A stretch of 63,014 bases of DNA, counting the filler, from Gonapodya sp. JEL0774 (taxonomy: Eukaryota): assembly GCA_027604505.1 (NCBI GenBank). It is 42 parts of 42 records of this genome, joined end to end, with 100 filler letters (N's around TTAATTAATTAA, not from the genome) between each part and the next. Parts side by side here need not be neighbours in the genome. Positions count along the whole stretch, not along the records: positions 54,164 to 55,556 come from JADIIX010003223.1; positions 55,657 to 57,049 come from JADIIX010003224.1; positions 57,150 to 58,541 come from JADIIX010003225.1; positions 58,642 to 60,033 come from JADIIX010003226.1; positions 60,134 to 61,524 come from JADIIX010003227.1; positions 61,625 to 63,014 come from JADIIX010003228.1; 36 more parts are not named here. One strand, 5' to 3'. Each line of letters opens with the position of its first letter. The stretch's first letter is position 1. Positions 54,164-63,014 of the stretch are shown here, in pieces. The translations under genes were made by a program, and so were the position numbers. Below the pieces are notes generated by a model that worked only from the letters and a program-made list of their open reading frames with translations, was not told the origin of the DNA and did no database searches.

Positions 54164-55475
54164 GAGAGTGAGTACCTATTCACAGTGTTTCACAGCGTCT
54201 CATTGCTCACTCACCCCTTCATCCCACACTTTCCATGCTACCATGCCCACACTATGCCACAGGGAACAGCGTTGGCAACGCAGGTGCCACTGCTCTCGCC
54301 GAAGCTTTGAGGATCAACGAAACATTAACGTCTCTCAACCTCATAGGTGAGAACCGATTCAGTGTCACAGCTTCTCTGTCTTTCCTCCCTCCCATTGTCC
54401 CACACCCTCTACACTCCTGTCTCCACGCAACAACACAGAGAGCACAATCAGTGACGCAGGTGCAAGTGCTCTCGCCGATGCGTTGAAGATCAATGGGACA
54501 TTGACATCTCTGGACCTCGAGAGTGAGTACCTATTCACAGTGTTTCACAGCGTCTCATTGCTCACTCACCCCTTCATCCCACACTTTCCATGCTACCATG
54601 CCCACACCATGCCACAGGGAACAGCGTTGGCAACGCAGGTGCCAATGCTCTCGCCGAAGCTTTGAGGATCAACGAAACATTGACGTCTCTCAACCTCACA
54701 GGTGAGAACGATTCACAGTGTTGCAGCTTCTCTGTCCTCACTCCCTCCCTTCGTCCCACACGCTCAACCTTCCTTTCCCCATGTAATGATACAGGGACCA
54801 AAGTCAGCGACACAGGTGCCATTGCTCTTGCTGAAGCGTTGACAAGGAACAAGACTTTGACCATGCTCAACCTCTCTGGTGAGTACCAATCGCCGTATCA
54901 CAGGTTCTCCATTCATCCTCCCTCCCACACACTCAACCTTCCTTTCCCCATGTAATGATACAGGGACCAAAGTCAGCGACACAGGTGCCATTGCTCTTGC
55001 TGAAGCGTTGNNNNNNNNNNNNNNNNNNNNNNNNNNNNNNNNNNNNNNNNNNNNNNNNNNNNNNNNNNNNNNNNNNNNNNNNNNNNNNNNNNNNNNNNNN
55101 NNNNNNNNTGACAAGGAACAAGGCTTTGACCATGCTCAACCTCTCTGGTGAGTACCAATTGCCGTATCACAGGTTCTCCGTCCATCCTCCCTCCCACACG
55201 CTCAACACTTGCTTCCTCATACCATACCAGATAACTGCATTGGCGAGTCTGGTGTCTGTGCCCTGGAGGCCCTTCAGAGTGCCCAGTGTACGATTAATGT
55301 GTCCTACCAGAGAAAATATATTTCTTCATTTATTGGGTACATTTTTATGTCCGTTGTGCTATCAGTACTTTCACGTGCATGTCAAGTTGCTCATCAGAGC
55401 ACAAAAAGAACACGACACTGGGACTGGCTGTGGTGGTTCTTGGTGTTTTTTGCGCACACTGTTGTGTACCCGTGA
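54164..55475 (+). CDS. RNI-type (NLRC3-like) leucine-rich-repeat protein, 3' part, one 28-aa LRR per 84-nt exon
   Basis: Exons 54263-54346, 54439-54522, 54618-54701, 54795-54878, 54964-(gap)-55147 and a terminal exon from 55231. Example: NSVGNAGATALAEALRINETLTSLNL. All introns are phase 1 GTGAG..CAG. Confidence 0.9.
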
Positions 55476-55656
55476 CATTTGGCCCACTGGGTGGCCACAG
55501 ACTAGTATAAATACCCACATGTACTAGAGACACTAGCAATATACATACGAGTACTCNNNNNNNNNNNNNNNNNNNNNNNNNNNNNNNNNNNNNNNNNNNN
55601 TTAATTAATTAANNNNNNNNNNNNNNNNNNNNNNNNNNNNNNNNNNNNNNNNNNNN

Positions 55657-57049
55657 CCGCGACTCAGAGGTGCTAAAATGTCACCCGGCCCCGATTCTCG
55701 GTCGGAGGAGGACGCCGCGCTTGAACCAGTGGCTCTACCGTACTCCCGCAGCGGTGACGATGCTGGAGCGGGAAAAGGAAGCGACGCCACTCTCCTCAAC
55801 CCAGTCGCACCATTGTTCTCCCTTCCCGAGCCTGACGTCGATCGAAGGGCATCCTGCCCTCCCACCTCTTCCCTACCTGTCCCCGTATCCGACGACTCGC
55901 CTCCGATCCCCATTCCAGCATTCACTCGAGCTCCTGATCGCGGTACTGGTTCAAGTTCAGTTGGGCGGCCATATGCTTTGGGACTCGGCATAGACGCTCT
56001 GGAGGGTTTCACGCGGGGCAAGCTGGGGTGGAACCAGGGGTGGGAGAGGAGTGAGGCGACAGATGGACGGAGGGAGGGGTCCTGAAGTTTGAGTCAACCG
56101 GCGCGGGTTTGGGTGGATGAGTACTAGGTGGAACGTTATCACGGAGAGCGGAAATGTACTTTCTGTAGCAACAGAGCCACCAAATCCTTCACTTCAGCAG
56201 AGGCCGAGGACGGCAGGGAGGAGTAATCCGCGCGCGATACGCGGTCGAGGGTGGTTTTGACGGCGGGGGTCTTTTGGGAGGAGGAGGGGTGTGACGTGGT
56301 ACTTCGAACCCCCTCCTGCTGTAGCAACAACCAGGCAATCGTACCTCAAACGGCGGTCTCCCCGACACAAGCGTTGCGATCAAACATCCCAGAGACCATG
56401 CGTCCGAGGCGAGGCCGTAGGGTCGACGGGACAGGATCTCACTGGTAGGGGATCAGATGAACATGGAGCATATTGACCGAACGAAGAGGGAAACGGCGTA
56501 CGTACGGTGATATGTAGTTGGGTGTGCCACACATGGTACGTTGTTCGGATTGAGGGTGGTCGAGGCGAGCAGCGAGGCCGAAGTCGGCGAGTTTCTTGGG
56601 GAGGAGAGAGGAGAGGGAGAATGGGGTAAAGCGATGTCAAAAAGGTATGAGGTTCAAGAGGATTAAGAGGATTCTCTAATGATAAATGTCGGAGCCGGGG
56701 AGATCCAAAACTTACAACGTGCATGTTTTCGTCGAGAAGGAGGTTGGACAGTTTGAGGTCTCGGTGGATGACACCCTGGGGATTAGGAAGACGGGAGATG
56801 AGAGAAAGGCACGAACAGAAAAGAAGCGAAGCACCCAGAAATACAAGAAATTGAAGGAAGGAAGGAAGTCCGGCGTTTGTACGGGTGGGAAAGGGGAACA
56901 TGAGCGTACTGATCACCTCGCTTTCACTACTTGCCTCGTGCTGCAACCCACCCAGCCAAATGCGCTCCTTCAATTATAAACAACTCACCTCAGAATGAAG
57001 GTACGCAACACCGCGCACCACATCTTCGGCACACCAACGGGCCTCGGCC
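55657..57049 (-). CDS. PLK4: Polo-like kinase 4 (SAK)-like kinase, partial, multi-exon
   Basis: [30 protein letters not shown]....[29 protein letters not shown]....GRPPFE and [12 protein letters not shown] (PLK4-like). Confidence 0.8.
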
Positions 57050-57149
57050 NNNNNNNNNNNNNNNNNNNNNNNNNNNNNNNNNNNNNNNNNNNNTTAATTA
57101 ATTAANNNNNNNNNNNNNNNNNNNNNNNNNNNNNNNNNNNNNNNNNNNN

Positions 57150-57788
57150 CTTCTCCGTCATAGTAAACAAGCAGAGGAGACCGAGTCTGAAAGTTGAGGA
57201 GGCAAATCAAAGCATTGGTTTCATTCACGATACCACCACGTGACACTCTCACACTCATCCAACTCACGGGAAGAACAGGACACACAGAATAATACCAGCT
57301 GCGGTGAAGTTATCTTCGAGATCGTGAGGCCCTCCCTGCAAAGGTAAATTGTCACTTGAGGGATGAGAATCAAGCCTCTCCCAAAGGGGGACAAAACTCA
57401 CCAGAGCACACGCAGCTCCATACTATTTCGTTACATCCAGCAATTTCGAGACCGAAAGAGGATAAAGCAGGTCGTGAATGTGTAAATTACGTTTCCAACA
57501 GGTCAATCGATGACTTACACCCCCAGCTACCTGCACAACCACAGGTGCGGCCTGCGGAGGTGGCATGTGAATGTGCTGTTGAACCGGCTGTTGTGGATAA
57601 TACGGTTGCCCCTGCTGATACTGTTGTGGGGGATACTGCTGGTACTGTTGGGGCGGGTAGCCTTGAGGTGGGGGGTAGCCCTGCGGTGGAGGATACCCTT
57701 GCTGTTGTCCGGGTGGAGGATACCCTTGCTGTTGTTGGCCGGGCGGAGGGTATTGGTACTGGGGAGGTGGGGCTCCTTTGTCTGCCAT
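57150..57788 (-). CDS. BRI3 (brain protein I3)-family small membrane protein with a GYPPPQ-repeat N-terminus
   Basis: MADKGAPPPQY..(GYPPPQ)n..VVQVAGG|YGAACAL|GGPHDLEDNFTAAGIILCVLFFP matches the BRI3 'LED.FT..GI.laI..FP' motif. Confidence 0.7.
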
Positions 57789-58641
57789 GACAGCTGAAAG
57801 TGGCGGTGGCGAGTGGAGTGGGAGCAGAGGAAAACCGTGAGAGGAATGTGATGTAGGCCGATTTTCGACCGATCGGAATGATTCGAACGGACGGACGGAT
57901 GCTCACTGTGGATGGGAAGGGTCTTGGGAAGAACGAACCAACCGGTTCTGCAAGTTTGTGGCGGTGTTTGAACCACAGTCGTCGTGGCGTCCTCAGGGAG
58001 TCCTAAGGGCACATTCTTATAAAGTTCACGCAACCCCAAGGCACAAAACCACATCGAGTGGGTTGATAAGCCAACATGTTTTGCCCTTGCCCTCAATCAT
58101 CCATGCCCTCCGTCTTGTGGCGCTCAGAACAATACCTGCAATGTTCTTTACGTATTATGTATATAATGTAATGCGCAGCGTTGCAGAAAGTTCATTAGAA
58201 TTAAAATGTCCGACCATCCACGCTGCCGCCCACTGCTCGACGTGGTCGTGCTGAAGCATCCTTTCAAACAAGGAACCAAATCTCACACGGATTTACACTC
58301 TGTAGTACGGCACCAACACGGCATTGCACCGGCGCTGCAGCAGCGCTCGTACCAATCAAGCAATCCGAAACTCCGAACAGCCCAGTTCTCCTCTCCTTCC
58401 TAGTGCCCGTTACACCTTTCCCACCAGGAAACTGTTCCACATGGGCTGATTTGCGTCGGGGAGGTCACGAGCTTCTGCAGCAATAAGCACTCGCCGGACA
58501 AGGTCCGGTGGTGCGAGGTCAAGCTGGGAGAACGAGATGGANNNNNNNNNNNNNNNNNNNNNNNNNNNNNNNNNNNNNNNNNNNNTTAATTAATTAANNN
58601 NNNNNNNNNNNNNNNNNNNNNNNNNNNNNNNNNNNNNNNNN

Positions 58642-60033
58642 ACATTTTGGTTGTGCTGACGAGCAGCCTCGATCTTTTCTTTCTCAAGAGCGGAGCGGCG
58701 CTCAGCGGCTGCTTCGAGTTTCTCCTCCACGGTACGGTCACTTTTGGCAGATGACAAAAGCCTAAATTAGTCCCGCATCGACAACCTTAACAGTTCCCTT
58801 CCATCAAAGATGCGAGAAAACTCACGGTGTGGTAGCTCCAGCATTGAGACTCCTCTCTAGAATAGACTGGTGGTACAATCTCAGGGCCTCAACTTTCTCT
58901 CGCTCCATGGTGGTGCGGCGCTCTGCGGCAGCCTCAAGCCTCTCCAACACAGATATCTCTCTGAATGTTGTAAGTCAATCCGAGGGATTATGACAAGGGC
59001 AAGCCAAATCGAATATCAATTTACTTACGATGAAAAGGCAGCAGAACTCTGGCTCTTTTCAAGCACAGACTGGTTGTGCTGACGTACGGCCTCTACGCGT
59101 TCTCTCTCCAATGCTGCTCGCCGCTCTGCCGCAGCTTGAAGCTTCTCTTCGACCGAGTATTCCCTTTACAAACAAGTGGCGTGAGGGTGAGAAAACTTGT
59201 ACAGCACCTGATATATCGGGAAACCACCTACAACCCAGCGGAACCTGCGCTCAGCGCCTTCTCCATTGCGGCTTGGTTGTGTTGGCGAGCAGCCTCTACC
59301 CTTTCACGTTCAAGAGCAGCGCGACGCTCGGCAGCAGCTTCAAGCTTTTCCTCGACTGAGCGCTCTCTGACGAATAAATTGCAAGTGGTTCACGGAAGAC
59401 CGAATCATGCAGGTTGGTGATTAGTTAAATCAAAATAACGAGACTCAAAAACTCACGAGACCAGTGAGGCCGAGCTCAAGCTCTTCTCGAGAACGCTTTG
59501 GTTGTGTTGGCGTGCAGCTTCTACTTTTTCTTTCTCGAGCGCTGCCCGACGCTCAGCTGCCGCTTCGAGTTTCAAATCAACAGAACGATCTCTGCGTAAG
59601 AGAACACAAAAATGCGGTCGATAATGGATGAACAACAACGCCGATAAGCCCAGGGAAGCGTCCACCGTGGAGTTACACTCACGTCTGTGGCGAGTTCGCG
59701 CTGGCGCACTTTTCGATCAGACTCTGGTGGTACTGACGCCGAGATTCGACCTTTTCCCTTTCAAGAGCTGCCCGTCGCTCGGCTGCAGCTTCAAGCTTCT
59801 CTTCGACAGAACGATCGCTGCGATTGCGGCCAATCATTGTGAGAAGAAGATACATTCAAGTGCGCGGACTCCACTACCCACATCACAGGTGTGGTAGCTA
59901 GAATTCCCTTCTCCACGACTTGTTGGTTGTACTGTCTGAGATTCTCAACACGGTCCCGCTCGAGGGCAGCCCGGCGCTCCGCAGCGGCAGTGAGCTTTTC
60001 TTCAGTCTTCCGACTGGGAGATTCCGAGACGAA
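58642..60033 (-). CDS. Tandem-repeat protein: at least 7 copies of a 45-aa stathmin-like helix, one per 135-nt exon
   Basis: Exons (minus strand): 60033-59882, 59817-59683, 59591-59457, 59366-59232, 59163-59029, 58960-58826, 58740-58642. All introns are GT..AG, phase 2. Consensus DRSVEEKLEAAAERRAALEREKVEAARQHNQSVLEKS. Confidence 0.9.
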
Positions 60034-60133
60034 NNNNNNNNNNNNNNNNNNNNNNNNNNNNNNNNNNNNNNNNNNNNTTAATTAATTAANNNNNNNNNNN
60101 NNNNNNNNNNNNNNNNNNNNNNNNNNNNNNNNN

Positions 60134-61524
60134 GCTCACATCCGTCCACAGACCCACGACAACATAATCGGATTTGAGCCGACCAGGTGGTGGCGAAACG
60201 TCCAAACACGAGACTTCGTGCTCAAACTGGTGACGTGCGACGACAGAGAGAAATGTTCTTCCTTCTGGAACTTCAAGATACACGACCTCGCCTCCGGCGA
60301 GAGCGAAGGCAAGTTGCGTCGCTCCGCACGACGCAACTGTGATGCTCCGACCATTCTCTGGCTTCCACTCCGCTAATAGCATGGCGAGCTCATTGTCCAC
60401 AAGGTAAACTCCCTCGCTCGTCACTTGGACGATGGAGTCGGCAGCCATGTTTGCTACAAGGAGCGTAGGTACTTGTCCGGAAAGAGCAGCGGGCTCATGT
60501 TCAGCCATTTCTCCCGTCGAATCGACAAGGAGGAAGCGAGTTTCGGCGGTGAAGGAAAGTGCGAGCAGAGAATGGAATCTAAGGATAGAAATCAATGGCG
60601 GGAAGCAGGGATATTGATTGAGCCACTATATCTGGTCCTCCACAGCCCTGCATATTCAGACATAACACGATCAAAACTCACTTTGCTTGATAGGAGTTTT
60701 TCAATCCCCAAATCCCTTTCACGCCTTCGACCTCCAGTCCGGCAATCTCTACCACCCCAACCCCGTTCCTCACGACCCGAATGGAGCCGTCCTTGAAACC
60801 CCCGCAGCACGCAACGACTGTTCCCTGCCCGCGACCATCCAAGTCTACCACTGTAAAATCCAGTACGGGAGCTATGTTGGCATAAGTGTCCACCAAATCG
60901 AATAATTGGCGGCTTTCTGTTTCCGTATTCTCGCTTTCCATATCGTCGCTCGACGGGAATGGTTCGGTGCGGAGGCGGAGGAGCTGTGAGTCGCCGAAAT
61001 GGGAGCCGACAAAGAGAAGATCGGGTGAAAGGTGGACGAGACAAGTTGGTGAAGATACTGTGCCGTAGTTTTCGGTGGTAATCTCTGTGACTTTGCCGTC
61101 GGATATGTGGAGCAGGAGAAGCTGGAGGCTTCCGTAGTGGTCACCGAGCATAAATCGGATCGACGAGGAAGACGATTCCAGGAAAGCGTAGCTGGAAGAC
61201 ATTCGACCTCCGATAGAAAGTGGTGCTAGACAACGTTTTGGGAACATGTACTCACGCTTTCATGATTGTGATGTTGATTGGGATAGACTTGATGTTCATC
61301 TTCGGACTGACATATGTAATGGTTTGTTCACCGACAATCACAACTCCACCTACAACAAATATAAGAATGTAAACAGAGCAGCCTCCGATGGACTGCTTCT
61401 AATGCTCACCAATGGGTAACGGAACCGCAATCAAAAACATCGCTCCAGGCTCAACTTTCTCCAGTTCTAGAGGTCCCGGTACTAAATCTTTTTCAAGACG
61501 ATTGAGATCCACTTCATATGTTTT
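60134..61524 (-). CDS. DDB1: DNA damage-binding protein 1, internal fragment, multi-exon
   Basis: GGVVIVGEQTITY, FMLGDHYGSL, LFVGSHFGDSQL, NIAPVLDFTVVDLDGRGQGTVVACCGGFKDGSIRVVRNGVG, GIWGL, HEVSCLD, VGLWTD. Confidence 0.95.
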
Positions 61525-61624
61525 NNNNNNNNNNNNNNNNNNNNNNNNNNNNNNNNNNNNNNNNNNNNTTAATTAATTAANNNNNNNNNNNNNNNNNNNN
61601 NNNNNNNNNNNNNNNNNNNNNNNN

Positions 61625-63014
61625 GGAGACCACCAAGAATCTGCACTCACAAATATAGAAACAACACGGTTCCATCCAGCAACGGCAATCAGGGTGACCC
61701 CTTTCACTTCAATGAACAAGAGGGATGTGACCTCGGAGTCATCGCCCTTATCTAGCTCATGCAAACGCTGTCCGTTCGACGGGTTGTAGATATAAATTGT
61801 CCCATCTGAGAAAGCGCGAGAAGGTTTGCTTTTACTTCTGTGTGTTACGTCAAGTTTCTGGTAGCATACCTCGGCCTCCTGTGAGAAGTCGCCGATGATC
61901 GTGATCGAATGCCATCGCGGTGATTTCAGAGGACCCATGAGCTTCAGAGTACTTAAAAATCTTTTCACCGGTACGCGCGCTGTAGAATTGAACGGCACGT
62001 TAACGGATGAGCAAGGGTCCAGTTGCGAAATTTGGCTCATCTGACGCACTCCCAAACATTTATGACACCTCCCGCACAGCCAGATACAACATGATGGAAC
62101 GAAGGATTGAAAAGTGCTGATGTTATCGCCATGTCATGACTCTTCGTTTCCCCCGCGCTGCAGCTGGTTTCATTCTTCATGTCGTGTCGTATCAAGACTG
62201 TCGATGCCAGTATAAGAACCCCGCCATTAGCTTCCGAGTACATCATAGCACTCAAAACATTTTCTGGCCGGTGCTCCATGGAGTCTGTGATTGTTTGCAA
62301 GCATTCGTGTCTGCGCACATCCCAAATCTTGACTGCGCGGTCGGTTGAAAGAGATATCGCTTGCGCATTTTTTTCATTGACAACGATGTCGACAATTGGA
62401 GAGCTGTGTCCCGTCATGGATGATAGAACGTGCTTGATATTGTGGATGTTCAGGAATCGCACTCTTCTGTCCCCTCCTCCGGCAATAATCGTTGGAGGAA
62501 ATTTGCACACGGCAAAAGCATTGACACCTTTCTTGACACTAAGACTGTCCACTGTCCAGTTACCAAAATCCTTGGTGTAAGCAATACTCAAGGAGGATCT
62601 GACATCAGTCGAACATGATATGACTGCTTGGAATTCCGGCAAATATCTGACCCGGTTGGTCCATTCCCTGTGTTCTGACCGATTCTTGATTCTACCAAGG
62701 GAGCAAGTCGCCGGTCCCCGCGGTGCAGTGCCATTCACAGTTATGGCATCTGCGCGAATCGTCCGGCATGTTCGGCCTCCTTTACGTGTAGAAAAAATCT
62801 CTGGAAACGAAAATTTCCAGTGAGACACGTTCCCGTTTGTCGCTCCCCACCATAATACGTAATCATCCGAGTCTGAAGGATTGCTCCAAATGTCTAAGCT
62901 GAGAGCCACGACGGTTCCTAGATCCAGACGAATTAAAGGTTGCAGAGTCGAAAGCTCACAGAACCAGATCATATGTTCATCGGTGCTAACGACAATCTTG
63001 GGCGCTGTGTTCGC
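61625..63014 (-). CDS. WD40-repeat protein, WDR49/CFAP337-like, internal fragment
   Basis: KGVNAF.....IIAGGGDRRVR, MTGHSSPIVDI...ISLSTDRAVKIWD...CLQTI, SHDMAITSALFNPSFHHVVSG....INVW, AVAGWNR. Confidence 0.72.

Noticed and set aside
55011..55108. 98-N run as another contig spacer
   Set aside because: It lacks the TTAATTAATTAA core and is flanked by matching LRR exon sequence; it is a scaffold gap inside the repeat array.
58870..60085. Plus-strand ORFs with repeated SRAARRSAAA
   Set aside because: Antisense shadows of the minus-strand 45-aa repeat exons; all splice signals are on the minus strand.

Overview
This window is not one locus. It is 42 short contigs, sorted by decreasing length (1416 down to 1390 bp), joined by an artificial 100-nt spacer (N44-TTAATTAATTAA-N44, stops in all six frames), so gene order across spacers has no biological meaning. 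The contigs come from an intron-rich eukaryote. Fungal-type genes (AAD aldo-keto reductase, fungal TF-like C-terminus) occur together with cilium/centriole genes (CFAP210, WDR49/CFAP337-like, MOK-like, PLK4-like), which points to a zoosporic, flagellated fungus (inference). Most contigs hold fragments of housekeeping genes (LCB2, TAF12, SKI2, ATE1, ARG1, DDB1, DLD1, transporters) or retrotransposons (LINE, Ty3/Gypsy). The most interesting observations are: (1) a protein of at least 7 tandem 45-aa stathmin-like repeats, each on its own 135-nt phase-2 exon, which the ORF track does not show; (2) an intron-containing in-frame fusion of a YccU-type CoA-binding domain to a bacterial-type MetY sulfhydrylase; (3) two large-DNA-virus-like genes (D5-type primase-helicase, A22/RuvC-like resolvase) on separate contigs; (4) an LRR gene expanding by duplication of 84-nt exon plus intron cassettes; (5) a bacterial-type esterase missed by the ORF track; (6) an F-box-like gene and a decayed paralog; (7) strongly CpG-depleted contigs. 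All family calls come from manual motif recognition, not database searches.
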